61,624 bases of DNA, filler included, from Fonticula-like sp. SCN 57-25 (GCA_001724245.1; 9 parts of 9 records of this genome joined end to end with filler, not necessarily neighbours in it), one strand, 5' to 3'. Shown: positions 12,909-25,449, numbered from the whole stretch's first letter. Notes: generated from the sequence alone by a model not told the origin. Program-made: numbers and translations.

Positions 12909-14799
12909 ATGAGTTCAACCACTAGGCCAGCATATCAGCGAAACTATGAGGAAGAGGGAGACGATGTTCAATTTGAGCTTACAGAGTCTGACATCAATGT
13001 GAAACTCATTGGTACACTGGAGGAATTGAGCCACGATATCAGGATCAACAACAACAGTGATGACAATTTTAACATTGAAAATCACAGAATCAACAATTTC
13101 CACAACATTCAAAATCACAGAATTAACAATTCCCACAACATTGAAAATCACGCTAGTAATTCCAATAACAACAGAGGCAATAGAATAGTTGGTAGAGGGG
13201 GAGAGAGTATAGTCTACTACGGAGCTGCCAATGGGGTGGAGCAAGAGAGAGATAAAAATCCGTACTTCAAGATTCCGAAGCGACCGACAAGCGAGCAGCT
13301 GCTCTGGCTCCTCACGTTAGCGCGGAACGAGTGGTGGCTCCTGATTGTCGGTTCCGTCGCCCTCATCGCGTCCAGCGCGGTCACCCTGCTCCTCCCGAAC
13401 TACGTGGGTACGGTCATCGATGGCCTCCTGACCGGTCGGCTCCACTTGCCCTCCCTGCTGCTCAGCTTTCTTGTCCTGGTTGTGCTCATCGCGGTGACCT
13501 CCCTCGTGAAGCAGGTGTGCTACACAGTAGCCGGGGAGCGTGTGGTCGCCAGGTTGCGCAAGACCCTGTTTGCCAGCATGCTTGTGCAGGATATTGCCTT
13601 CTTTGATGTCACAAGCACCGGAGAGCTCATCAACCGTCTCTCCTCCGATACAAAGGCTCTTGAGAGTGCAGTTACCTCCAATCTGGCACAGGCGATTCGT
13701 CAGTTGCTCCAGGCTCTCGGTGGCGTGGCGATTCTCCTCTATCTGAGCTGGAAGTTGAGTCTCTTGATGCTTGCTGTTATCCCCCCGTTGACCGTAGGTG
13801 TGGTGGTCTACGGGATCTACGTAAAGTCTCTGGGACGAAAGGTGCAAGATATGCTTGCGAGGGCATCTGAGGTGGCACAGGAGTCGCTCGGAAACATTCG
13901 CACTGTGAGATCCTTTGCACAGGAGGGGAGACACAAGCGCATGTATGACACTGTTATTGATGAGTCCTACGCATTAGCAAAGAGATTAGCATTCATTGGT
14001 GGAACATTCCACTCAGGGGTCATGTTTATTGGCAACTTATCACTCCTCGGTGTGATAGCCTTTGGTGCATATCTTGTACAGGATAATCAGATGACTGTTG
14101 GGGCATTGACCAGTTTCCTCATTTACACCTTCTTTGTCGCCACGGCAGTGGGCATTCTCTCGATTTTGTATTTTGACATTGTGAAAGCCCTAGGCGCAAC
14201 TGAGCGTGTTCACTCTCTCATCTCTAGAAAACCGAACATTACCTGCGATTCAGGAACAGGTGAAACTTTGGAATCGGTCACTGGTCTCATTGAGTTCAAG
14301 CAACTGTCGTTTGCGTATCCATCACGCCCGAATAATCCGGTGCTCAGCAATTTTGACTTGCATCTTTCACCGGGTGAGGTTGTTGCGCTTGTTGGTCAGT
14401 CAGGTGGTGGTAAATCTACCATTGCAACCCTGTTGCAGCGCTTCTACGATCCAGATCATGGTAACATTCAATTAGATGGTATCGATATCCGAGATTTGGA
14501 CATTATGTGGTATCGTGGGTTGATTGGTTGTGTGTCACAAGAGCGTAAGTCAAATTTTTCTTCATTTGTTAACCATCTCACGGTGATCTCATTACATGTC
14601 CAATCACTTAGCTGCACTATTTGGAACATCTATTCGTGAGAATATTGCATATGCAAATGAAGCTACAGAGGAACAAATAATACAGGCAGCAACAGAGGCC
14701 AATGCCCATCAATTCATCACCCAATTCAATGAAGGTTACGATACACAAGTAGGGGAACGAGGTGTGCGATTGAGCTCTGGTCAGAAACAGAGGATTGCA
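12909..14799 (+). CDS. ABCB-type half transporter (ABCB10/TAP-like), 3' truncated
   Basis: TMD ([18 protein letters not shown]), Walker [13 protein letters not shown] restored by intron 14546-14610, signature variant [10 protein letters not shown]. Confidence 0.9.
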
Positions 14800-14899
14800 N
14801 NNNNNNNNNNNNNNNNNNNNNNNNNNNNNNNNNNNNNNNNNNNTTAATTAATTAANNNNNNNNNNNNNNNNNNNNNNNNNNNNNNNNNNNNNNNNNNNN

Positions 14900-15333
14900 T
14901 CCGTGGCGCTCTTCTTCTCTCCGTCCGCCTGTCCCGCTGAGGAATTTGTCGCCCCAGCCCCACCACTCCCGTAATTCCGAATCTTCCGCAGCACCTTCTT
15001 CTGCGAGCGGCTCGGCTGGAATCGTGTGACATCGAGCCGAATCGTGTACATTGGGCAGCATGTCCGCCTCTGATGTGGCCGGTAGATGACATTTCCGCTC
15101 CGGCGCCAGTTGCGGTCAAGCAGCGCCTGATAGTCCGACACGGTGAGAGCGTGCGCAATCACCAGGTACGCATAGGACGTTGATGACGAAGGCGGGGGCT
15201 TTGAGGACGACGATGACGACGACGTCGATGTTGACACGGTTGGCGACGCTTGGCAGTAGCCGCACGGCGACGCATGGTAGCCAACCACCTGTACGGACGA
15301 GCGCGCCGCCGGCGGTGTAGTCTCGGACGACAT
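14900..15333 (-). CDS. ATE1: Arginyl-tRNA--protein transferase, N-terminal part
   Basis: CGYC, YQALLDRNWRRSGNVIYRP, TCCPMYTIRLD, FQPSRSQKKVLRK. Cut by contig end. Confidence 0.92.
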
Positions 15334-15737
15334 TCAGCGAAATGCAGGCAGCAGGATGCCCGCCAGCCGTTCGCAACAGACAACAGGGCAGGAGCAACAA
15401 CAATCCCGCCAAAACCAAGCTGTGGCATGGTTGTCACATGCTTGTGACACGCATGTTGATGAAGCGGCAGCTTAGCGGCGGTGATGCCGCGGCTGGTGTG
15501 CTAAAGAATCACTGCAAGCACGCCGGAAGCGGCTTCAGTCCCGGTATTCGATGCTGGCCGCATCCTTAAAGATGACGGCGCTGCCCATCAGAGCTGCGCC
15601 GATCTGCACGCACGAAAAAAGTACTGAAAACTTTGTCATATTAAATAGCATGAAGGGATAGGATGGCAAAACATATGAAATGGGGAAAATAAATGCGCCG
15701 CTTCGTCGAAAGAAGGCGTACTTGATCAGTCTTTTAT

Positions 15738-16772
15738 TTAATTCTTGTCTTGCGGTCCACTGGGAGGAGCGCTCTTGCCGCGGTACTTTTCAATGGCGCG
15801 CGCAATGGGCGGCGTCAGTGTCAGCGTCGTGATGCTCCGCAGCGGGCTCGTCAGCTTGGTGCACACAAAGGCGAGCTGCGCGCGGGAAAAATTCAGTACC
15901 AAGCGAGTAAAATGGCAACAATGTGACGTCATTGCAAAGGAAAAAGGGACGGCCGCCCAGCAATAGCGCAAATAATGCAAGAAACAAATAAAAGGGAAAG
16001 AAAAATGGGCATTTTACGTCAAACGCGCTTAAAAACACACTCTTTCCCGTCCGAAGGAACACTAGCGTACCACAAACTCGCCTGCTCCGCTGTCCACGGA
16101 ATCGAGCGATACCCACTTGTCGAGATGGAGCTGCTGCGCAATCCCAACCACGTCGACGCCGTTATGAATGAGGAGAAAGATGGACGACAGCGTGGTCACG
16201 TAGACGACCGAGTGAGTGCCGACGGCGACCCAGCCGTACCGCTTCATCAGATGCTTGACGCGCTGGCTGATGCTCATCTGCATGAAAGGAACGAGCGGAT
16301 ATTAGCAACGCAAGTAATCAACAATATAACAACAAATACATAAAGTCAAAACTAGACAACGAATAGACACAACTAGAGAGACTGGGCTCACCTTTGTTTC
16401 GTCGATCTCCTCCTTGATCTCCTCCTTCAAGTGAATCAACTTTTCCTTGATCTTTTCCCTGCGTGTCTCACCCTCCTTCTCATCATCCGAGTCGTCGTCT
16501 TCGTCCTTCCTCTTTCCCTTTGGCGGCACAGCATTATTCTTGCCGCTAGACAGCGGCCGCAGCGAGTACATGCTCGGCATGCTCAGAGGCGGCATCCGCA
16601 TGTCGCGGTCCGACAAAACATGCTTCGAAGAAGGCACGGCCAAGGCGGACCGAAGCGAAGGAACAATCGCGCTCAAGGGACGCACAACAGGAGCTCGCAA
16701 AAGGGAGGCGCGCGCAAAGGGGACGAATGCGACGCCCATACTGCGCCGCAGAGCAAACATGCCTGACGCCAT
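15738..16772 (-). CDS. FAM210/DUF1279-like mitochondrial membrane protein (3 exons)
   Basis: Presequence-like N-terminus. VKHLMKRYGWVAVGTH, AFVCTKLTSPLRSITTLTLTP. Confidence 0.75.
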
Positions 16773-17471
16773 CACCGGGGCCAACGCACGGGGGCAAACG
16801 CAACTGATGATGACCACGTGGATGTTTGCGACGATGAAACGGTGACACAAGCTCGGGTATGAGAATTGTACGTACTTTTATGGTAGAAATAAAGCGCGCG
16901 GAGCGACATGGCACCCATAGAACAGTTTTTATATGCGTACATACGCAATGCCTATTATAAACTTTGTTCCAAAACTGATCGCTTCGCTTTAAGAATCCTC
17001 GATACCTGATGCCCCGAGTCGCCCGACACGATCGTCACGGATCGTGACCATTCGCGGTCGGGCAGCGGCGCCATCTCACGTTCACCAAAGTGCAGAATAA
17101 AAGTAAAACAATAGACGTCGTGAAGGCAAACTGTATTGATGCAACGCACGCTTTTGAATACCGCTTGTGATTTTTATAAGAATGCAAAGCCCTGCCGTGC
17201 CAACCATTGTGACATTTCCATAATAGATATTGACCATATATTGACTGGTTGAAAAGCGATGTGCCAAAAAGTTGAATATATATTGGGTGGTTGCGGAAGC
17301 AACGTGCCGTGGTTGCCAAGGCTAACTAATCCAACAACAAAATCACGAGAATCTCAAAAACAATGGGATATAGGCTGGCAAAATCCAGCGAAAAGGTACA
17401 AGCATTGCACAATCATGATTGCACATGGTGCATGACTAGAAAGTTGAAATTCCGCAAAAATAAAAGGAGTC

Positions 17472-20129
17472 TCAAGCATCAAGCGACGAAAGCTTGGCGC
17501 TGATAAGCGAAGCAGTAGGGCGGCTAGTGGGCTCGAAAGCCAAGGCGGCCTGAATCAAGCTCGACAGCGAAAGCGGCAGGTCAATCATGTCATGCGCATC
17601 CAAAACCAGAGACTTGCCGCTCAGTACAGCGTTGCGGACCGACTCGTCCGGCAGCGCGCTCCACGGCGCATTGCCAGATGCAAGCTCGTGCAGCACCACA
17701 CCAAGCGAGTAGACGTCCGAGGCGAGCTCCATAGGAACCGCGCAATCAACCGTGCTGCCGTCCCGTGCTGCCAGCAGCACTTCGGGCGCAGCGTAGCGCA
17801 CGTTAACGATGCGCGGCGGCATGTACGACACACCGTCGTCGGCCGCCGAGCGCGCCTGGCTAAAGCCGCCGAGCACCGCCGTGTACAGGAGCGACTCGCC
17901 GCTCGGCTCCTCGAGGAAAATGTTGGCCGACTGAATGTTGCGGTGCACGATGGACAGCGAGTGCATCGCGCTGATGGCAGAGGCAACATTCGACGCGAGC
18001 TGGTGCAGCTGTTTGGCCGGCATGGGACGCGGCGTCTCCTGGACAAAGCGCCCAAGGGTGTAGTGGAAAGCGCGCGTCATCACAGCCCGCGGCTCGTCCG
18101 TGTAGGCCAGGATGCTCACAATGTTGGGGTGGAACGAGAGCGACCACATGATTGACACTTCGTGGTGGAAACGCTCGTCGTTCTCGGCCGCAGTGAGGAG
18201 CGCAACGTCGTGGTAGTTGCGCATCACGACATGCGTGGAGCCGGCCCGCTTGGCCACGGTCGGGTCAAGGACGGTCGCGTGGTACTCGGAATCGCCCGCG
18301 TCAGAGTCCACAGGCTTGCCAGGCTGCACCGTCGTCGCGTAATCAACAAGCAAAAAGCCCGGCAGCGCAACCTCTAAGGTCGTGTTCACAACCGTCTTGT
18401 CTGCATCCCACAAGTGGATCGTCGAGTTTGCGTGGCTCATGCTGCTCCGTGATTGGGCAATCGAGCTGCGATACTCCTTCAGAGCAACCATCGCATCTGA
18501 TCCGCCAAACTCATCCAGCTGCTTGTTTGTCGCCTTTTGGCGGCGGCGCATGACCACGATAACAATGATGACAACCACGATAAGCACCACAACGGCAGCG
18601 GCGCTCGCGGCCGCAATCACAGTCCCGCTCGTGCCAAGGCCCGGGTCCTCAACGACGTTGTCCGTCGACGACTTGGTCGTCACAACCAGCCGCGCGCCAA
18701 CCTGCTCCGTCTCATTGCCCTTGCCCGCAAGCACAAGCACCTCGTACGAGCCGCCTGCTTCCAGACCCGTCACCTCGACCGACCCCGTAGACGAGTCCAC
18801 CTGCTTGAACAAATCAAAACCATCCGTCACGGCGCGCGCGTCCTTCGTCGACCGCGTGTACACGGCGTAAAACTCGGCGAGCGCCGACGGCGTCCAGCTC
18901 AACTTTAACGATGACGTGGTTGACTCGTCCAGCTTCAGGCCCGTCGCCGGCGAAATATACGTCGTAGTAGAGAAGATTGAGCCCGACGCGTCGTTGTAGC
19001 CCCACTGCACGTCGCCCATCGTGATACGGAAGTAGTAGAATGTGTCCGGCGACAGACCGCGGATCACAATACGCGTCTCCGTAAAACCAACAGCCGCTGA
19101 AAAACACTACAGCGTCAGCACCGCCGCAATAAAGTATCAGGTTGCGCGGCGCACAGTTCGAGTTGGCGATAACGTAGTTGTGGTCGCCCGACGACACCTC
19201 GGCGCGGAACGTCGAGTTTGCCGTCATGTTGACCGCGTTCCAGCTCAGCGTCACATCCGTCGATGTCTTGCTCACGAGCGTCAGGTTGTACACTTGGTCC
19301 TCGCTAGAAATGGGAACTGTAAACGCGCAGGATGAGAACAACACATCATACACAACGCTTTCATACCATAAACGCAGGCATTGCTGTACGACGCTTCCCA
19401 TGTGCCGTTCTCCAGGCACTCGCGCGTCGGCGGACCAGCCGCAGACTCGGTATAGCCGTAGCCGCACGACCCGACGCTGCTCGTTCCGGGCTCCGCCTCG
19501 GGGAAGTACACGCCCTCCAGACCCTCGTTCGGGCAGTTGTCATACTTGATGCGGCACGGGTCCATCACAGTCGCGTTCCATGCACCCGTCATCAGGCAAG
19601 CGCGACGCGGCACGCCCGTCAGACCGCTCAGGCACGTGCCATACCCAACGTCACCGGCGCGCGTCTCGACCCAGTCGGCGTTGTCCGCGAGACCCGCAGG
19701 GCACGTCACCGCTGTGCACGGGGAAAAGATGGGACCCCAGGCGCCCGTCGCAGAACACTCGCGCGTCGGCGACCCAATGTAGCCAGCAATGCACGTGCCA
19801 TGCATAGGGACGCTCGGCGCCGACGACTCGGGCCAGTCAGCGCCCTCCTCTTCCAGCGCCGCGCACTTGATCGCAACACACGGGTTCATCACGTCACCCC
19901 ACTGACCGGTGATCGAGCACTCGCGCGAAGGGCTGCCCGCGAAGCCAGTGTCACATGTGCCCGGGGTCGCGCTGCCGGCAGGCGTCGCGGGCCAGTTCAC
20001 GTTGCCAAATGACTGCGCAGCGCATGTGATCACGGTGCACGAGCCGATAATGTCGGTCCACGATCCGTCCAAATTGCAGTTCCGTAAAGGCGAGCCCGTC
20101 GTGCCCGCCGGGCAAGTTCCAGGAACATT
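17472..20129 (-). CDS. Receptor-type pseudokinase with Cys-rich repeats, FN3 domains and one TM (5' truncated, spliced)
   Basis: Repeats WPxTxAG..GTC..G..G.PxRxC..GxW..C, FN3 motifs (LSW..GL.P.T.Y), TM AAAVVVLIVVVIIVIVVM-RRR, kinase fold with HRN, GFS and YAAPE. Confidence 0.8.
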
Positions 20130-20229
20130 NNNNNNNNNNNNNNNNNNNNNNNNNNNNNNNNNNNNNNNNNNNNTTAATTAATTAANNNNNNNNNNNNNNN
20201 NNNNNNNNNNNNNNNNNNNNNNNNNNNNN

Positions 20230-21453
20230 AATGACAAAAATAACGGTAATGGATTAGCACTACTAAGTGCAATACTGGATCAATACGCGACTAATATGGA
20301 ACCTGTATATGCGAAGCGCTTCCAAAGCTATCTGGTCGATATTACTAGTCCGCAACAAGTTATTCTCTATAATGATTTGTTTGAATACTTGTACCAATCA
20401 GTGAGCAGACCCGAAGCTGATTTACCCTCTCAATTTATTCGCAGTATGTTTACCGACTCAGGGCTCGGAATTTGGCATGATGATGAATGCTTCCCCAAGA
20501 ACGAAGGAGTTAGACGAATCATGTACTGCGAAATGGTGAACCAATTAGAACAAGTGAAGCTCGATGAAGGATCCTTGCGTCGTAAAGATATCCAAAAGCT
20601 GTTTCTCTTCTCTCCAGACCCCAAGATGGCAATGCTGGAGAAGAAAAGACAAAAGGAGTCCTTGGTGCGAGAAATAGTGAGAAGACTGGTACTCACAACC
20701 CGGAGAGCAGGNAAGAAAAGACAAAAGGAGTCCTTGGTGCGAGAAATAGTGAGAAGACTGGTACTCACAACCCGGAGAGCAGGAACAGTACGAAGAATCC
20801 AGGAACCTGATTTGCAATACTTTAAAATCCCTATTTTCACTCTGGAATATACAAAGCTCCCATCTATTGATGTTCACCACGAGGATTGTCATGTTATTGA
20901 AGCCACCAGCGCAGATCTCTCGAATATGATTCATAAGGATGTACCGGAACATGTGACTCTAAAGCACAAGGATGATTCAGTGGCCATAGTACCCAAACAC
21001 GATACAACTCGTTCATCATTTGACCTTGTTCTGTATTTGCCATCAAAGAAGCATGTCTACTTGTTCAAAATCGTTAACATACCAGTGTTTGGAAATATCA
21101 ATATTAACATCAAAGAGAACGTGCATATCGAGGGTATGACGACTGAAGTGGTCTTCCTAGCAGTCCAACATGGCCACCTAGTTACCAAAGGAAATACAAT
21201 CCAACCAATTTTTGCCTACCAACCTGTACAAGCTTCCATTTCGTTTGTGGAAGATTACTTTTGGAATGACATGCACATGATTACGCGAACATTCAGAAGA
21301 TTGGAAGAGGCGTACAAGGAGCTGGAAGAAATGAAAGTTGGAAAGAATGAACTGGATTTCATGGGCGAGGACCTGTCAGGCGTGAGGCAGAAGATTGGGC
21401 TTACCAAGGGTTCTCGAGAAGCCATCCGATGGCAATTTGGGTCCGAAGACTAG
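20230..21453 (+). CDS. Hypothetical protein, frame open from contig start
   Basis: Over 380 codons with no stop. Includes an artefactual duplication around the N at 20712. No family recognised with confidence. Confidence 0.55.
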   Translation, partial: NDKNNGNGLALLSAILDQYATNMEPVYAKRFQSYLVDITSPQQVILYNDLFEYLYQSVSRPEADLPSQFIRSMFTDSGLGIWHDDECFPKNEGVRRIMYCEMVNQLEQVKLDEGSLRRKDIQKLFLFSPDPKMAMLEKKRQKESLVREIVRRLVLTTRRAXKKRQKESLVREIVRRLVLTTRRAGTVRRIQEPDLQYFKIPIFTLEYTKLPSIDVHHEDCHVIEATSADLSNMIHKDVPEHVTLKHKDDSVAIVPKHDTTRSSFDLVLYLPSKKHVYLFKIVNIPVFGNININIKENVHIEGMTTEVVFLAVQHGHLVTKGNTIQPIFAYQPVQASISFVEDYFWNDMHMITRTFRRLEEAYKELEEMKVGKNELDFMGEDLSGVRQKIGLTKGSREAIRWQFGSED

Positions 21454-21505
21454 CAAACCAACAAAAATAAGAATTGCTAATTGATTTTTAATTGATTTTT
21501 CATCA

Positions 21506-23359
21506 CTAAGAAGAGATTTTTAGGCGCACATACAAGGAATTCTGTTTGGGCATTTCAAACTCGAACACCTCGGAGTGCTGTTGCAAGTATTGTTTCAATC
21601 CTTGTGGATTGTAGCCCAGCGATACAAGTTTGCTGGACAATGCTCCGATTTGCATTGGCCCACGATTTGCCCTGAGTGCATCCACAATAACATTTACATC
21701 TACTTCATTGGAGGTGACAATATGTTTGTTTGGCTGATAGGCTGGCCCTTTGTAGCCTTTGATCTTCACGTAGACCTTATTTGTGTAGTTATCATGTTCA
21801 ACGTCAAATACATCAGTATGGAGACTGAGAAATCGCTTTAACCCTTGAGTCTGTTTGCGCAACTTGTTTAGCAGCAAATAATTGCTCAGTGCCCCGATCT
21901 CGATCTGTTTTATCGTCTGCATTACGTGTAAAACGTTACTCAAATCTTCATCCGTCCAATCTGCTGCTGATGTGGCACTCGCTGCAATAGTACCAGTTAT
22001 TTGTGGTGAATTTGCATTGCAATTATTAGCTGGAGAAAATGATGATGATAATGGAGGTGAAACAGTTGGTGGTTGCGGCTGTGAAACAGATACAGTATTC
22101 TTCCATTGTTGTGGAAGCTCATTCATTACACGTTCATTTGGTAAATGCTCGCAATCTCCTGAACAAGATATCTCATTGTCAGCTATTGGCATATTGGCAA
22201 TGGTAGTGGCTGATGATGTTTTTTGATTGAGAGATGATTGTATTGTACTTGTAGAGGAAAGTGGTTCCTGTTCTCCTCCAGTAATACTATTACTACCACT
22301 GCTTATGTGGAGTCCTTGTCCCTCCTCCTCCTCCTCTTCATCATTATTTACTTGTTCTTTTGGTCCCTCCAGTCCTTTATTCCCTCTTACGAGTAAATGC
22401 TGTTGTTGAGCCTCCATGTTCCTCTTCCCCTCGCCCACAACTGTAGATAATGTGAGTGTAGGCTGTTTTTGTTGTTCCAGTGGATCAGGATGTTGTTGAA
22501 TATCCTGCTGATGGTGTATTTGCTCCTGTTGTTGCTGTAGATGCTGTAAATCTCTCTGTTCCTGGTATGCTCCTTTCTGTTGCAGTTGTTGTGTATTTTT
22601 TACCTCCTGTTGCTGTACATTTTTCATCTGTTGCTGATACTGTTGTACATTTTTCATCTCCTGCTGATGCTGCTGTACACTTTTCATCTCCTGTTGATGC
22701 TGTGCATTTTTCTGATACTGCTGATGCTGCTGTATGTCTTTCACCTCCTGGTGTACATTTTTCACTTCTTGCTGCTGTACATTTTTCTGATATTGCTGAA
22801 CATTTTTCACCTCCTGTTGTTGTTGTTGCTGTAGTTGTTGCTGTTGTTGCTGTTGCTGCTGTAGTTCACCAGAGATGATGAGTGGAATCGGCTGTTTCAC
22901 CACATCATCCAAATAGTACATTTTTGCGACCGACGAGTAGCGAAATGCCTCGTGCCACGCATCGCTCGAGGGGACAATCAGGGCACACGGGTATCGTCGT
23001 TGCGTCAGACGGTGCAGAACCATCAGCAGACGCACGTCCGCTGTGACGAAAACGAGCAGCGCGTCGTCGGGGCTGTGGTCCCACGCGAAGCTCATCGCAT
23101 CGACGATGAGCGCATTTTTGCATCCGGCAAATGGCACGTGGCACAGCTCCACCCCGCTGAGGAAGAACGAGTAGCGCATCTCCCCGGGCATCTTCTCCAC
23201 ATTTGCGAATATGCGGAACGAATCAATCGACGTGCTGATGCTGCCGCACGTCTCCCGCGTCAGGATACGGATGTTGTGCACTGCGTTCTCAACGTTTGCG
23301 TTTTCGTATTTTTCAAGGGGGCACGTTTCGTAGTCCCAAAAGATCCCGACTCTCTTCAT
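21506..23359 (-). CDS. NYN-domain protein with Q-rich linker and two LOTUS/OST-HTH-like domains (MARF1/limkain-like)
   Basis: VGIFWDYETCP NYN start. Duplicated C-terminal unit IGALS..L....QGLK.(F/Y)L..H..VF. Confidence 0.7.
   Translation of the reverse strand: MKRVGIFWDYETCPLEKYENANVENAVHNIRILTRETCGSISTSIDSFRIFANVEKMPGEMRYSFFLSGVELCHVPFAGCKNALIVDAMSFAWDHSPDDALLVFVTADVRLLMVLHRLTQRRYPCALIVPSSDAWHEAFRYSSVAKMYYLDDVVKQPIPLIISGELQQQQQQQQQLQQQQQQEVKNVQQYQKNVQQQEVKNVHQEVKDIQQHQQYQKNAQHQQEMKSVQQHQQEMKNVQQYQQQMKNVQQQEVKNTQQLQQKGAYQEQRDLQHLQQQQEQIHHQQDIQQHPDPLEQQKQPTLTLSTVVGEGKRNMEAQQQHLLVRGNKGLEGPKEQVNNDEEEEEEGQGLHISSGSNSITGGEQEPLSSTSTIQSSLNQKTSSATTIANMPIADNEISCSGDCEHLPNERVMNELPQQWKNTVSVSQPQPPTVSPPLSSSFSPANNCNANSPQITGTIAASATSAADWTDEDLSNVLHVMQTIKQIEIGALSNYLLLNKLRKQTQGLKRFLSLHTDVFDVEHDNYTNKVYVKIKGYKGPAYQPNKHIVTSNEVDVNVIVDALRANRGPMQIGALSSKLVSLGYNPQGLKQYLQQHSEVFEFEMPKQNSLYVRLKISS
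22540..22865 (-). repeat. Coding Gln-rich repeat (QQQE[VM]KNVQQ)
   Basis: Repeated TGTACATTTTTCA.CTCCTG units on the + strand. Confidence 0.8.
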
Positions 23360-23628
23360 CACAGAATGCTGAATCCGGCTGTCTCTCGTTGGATCGGTTG
23401 ACCATTGTATTCTGTTGTAGTTGTTGGGTTATGGATGGAGGAAACTGTGATAGTTGCCACAATTCAACTTTACATCTTGTTTCAAGTAGTTTCTCTTCAC
23501 TTTGGTCAGCAAATCCTTGGAGATTTCGCATTTAATGGTAACTTTCAGTTAGTTCACGGAACACGGGCAACGTCGTTTGCCTGTTGTTCGTGGTACTTCG
23601 TGGTTGACTTATTATTTCAATTGCGTCA

Positions 23629-24146
23629 ATGAGCACACAAGAGGCAACAGTTACCGTTCCTTTAGTTCAGACGAAGAAAAACAGAACAAGGTTAGAATTT
23701 GCACCCATACAGGACGGAATCTACGGCACGCATCCAAAGGACTTCAAAGGGTCAGTTCTTGTGCACAATCGCACGGAGGCTGAAAAACTTGGAATACGAA
23801 AAGCTTGTATTGACGAAACTAATTTTGAAACTCAGTTGCTCATTTACACCACATCCGGTACGAATTACAACAATTCACATCATCGCCCATCTCCTCACAC
23901 CCACGTCTCGCTCACAACACAGGAGAAAAGGCTACCGGAGGTTACAAGGTAGTTGTTGGTAGAGTTTTTCAAGACAACGAAACGGGCGACCTGCTAATCA
24001 AGGCCATGGACAAGAAGCCAAAGGACTGCCAGTTTTCGACCATGGCACTTACATATCCGTTTGTCGTTGTACGTGTAGCAAAACCAGGCAAGGCTGCTGG
24101 CAAGTTGAAGATCAAGTGGCAGAAGCCAGCAAAGAAGGAAGAGTAA
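23629..24146 (+). CDS. PrcB C-terminal-domain-like protein (2 exons)
   Basis: Intron 23858-23922 joins ..IYTTSG to EKATGGYKVVV..MALTYPFVVVRV, matching the G-x-K/R-x-TGGY..ALTxP pattern. Stop 24144-24146. Confidence 0.6.
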
Positions 24147-24390
24147 ATTGCAACATTGTGCTGTCAACTAGTGTTGTACTACAGTCACTGCGAGACAAGG
24201 AATAATAATCATTTTCTAACCGGCCATTTTGATCGCCAAAAAATTTGTAAAAAAAAAAACAACAACAGTTGAGAGACCCCAATCAACAAGAGTTGGCCAA
24301 TCAAGTTTCGGTCAATCCGTTGTTTGTGTTTTAGTTTTCTGTTTTTTGGGCGTCAGCTTTGCGTCTGGACCATCTCTTGTGAAATTCAAA

Positions 24391-25317
24391 ATGTTTTCGT
24401 ACAGACTGAGAACCTCTCTTCAATCTGGCGTCAAGTCTGCGCTTTTCAACCAAAAACCCGTTCATTCAGCAGCTCCTCAAAGCGCCTCAATTTCCCAAGG
24501 AACGCAATTTTTCAAAGCACGATATGACGTTGATACACGGAGCGAAGAACAATTTGCCACTCCATTTCAGTACAAATCCACAATTGCCTCAATCAGCCCG
24601 AAACACTATGCTAACGAGCATGCGACGGGAAAGAAGCTCTTTGGCCCTGCAACTGTAACAGGAAGTGCTCTCAGAACCATTGTACCTTTGCGTATGTTTG
24701 CCCTTGCCTCCTCACTCAGCCAAAACGACCATCTCCAATTTTTCTGTTTTTTTTTGATTACATTTTTTTTTGAGCAGAAAAGAGAAGTTATAGCACTGCT
24801 CTCCCACAAGATGTGCAAAGAATGGTAGACAACGCACCAAAGACTGGCTACTTGGACCAAGCTCATTTTGACGGTTACTACAGGGCTCTTGGCAAGGAAG
24901 AACAATGGAAGCAAAGAAATTTCATCTACTTTATGCTTGCCAGCTCCAGATTCATTTATGCAGCTGGTATCAGACTGTTTGTGCTCAAACTGCTTCTCTC
25001 ATGGAGCCCCAGTGCCAGTCTTCTTGCTGTGGCAAGAATTGAGGTCGATATCTCCAGCATCCCGGTCGGTAAGACAGTTACCATCACTTGGAGAGGCAAA
25101 CCCATTTTCGTCCGTCACAGAACAGAGGAGGAGATTGCCGAAGCACAAAACACCCCAATGAGCGACTTGAAGGACCCGCAAGCAGACAGTGTAAGAGTCA
25201 AGGATCCAAACTGGCTTGTGTTGCTTGCCATTTGTACTCACTTGGGTTGTGTACCTGTCGCAGATGCTGGTTCATTCAATGCATTCGTACGTACCAATTT
25301 TTTTCTTTTCATGTTCC
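24391..25317 (+). CDS. UQCRFS1: Mitochondrial cytochrome bc1 Rieske iron-sulfur subunit, 3' truncated
   Basis: WRGKPIFVRHRT, LKDPQAD, CTHLGCVP. Presequence and an intron near 24692-24777. Confidence 0.93.
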
Positions 25318-25449
25318 NNNNNNNNNNNNNNNNNNNNNNNNNNNNNNNNNNNNNNNNNNNNTTAATTAATTAANNNNNNNNNNNNNNNNNNNNNNNNNNN
25401 NNNNNNNNNNNNNNNNNGCGCTAGTCACACATGCTGTGCAGCGAGTACG

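Noticed and set aside
14770-14799. LSSGQ in place of LSGGQ as a sign of an inactive ABC transporter
   Set aside because: It is a single-base difference near a contig end and could be an error or a tolerated variant.
20641-20783. Exact ~71-bp tandem duplication in an ORF
   Set aside because: Identical copies are separated by a single N, typical of an unmerged scaffold overlap.
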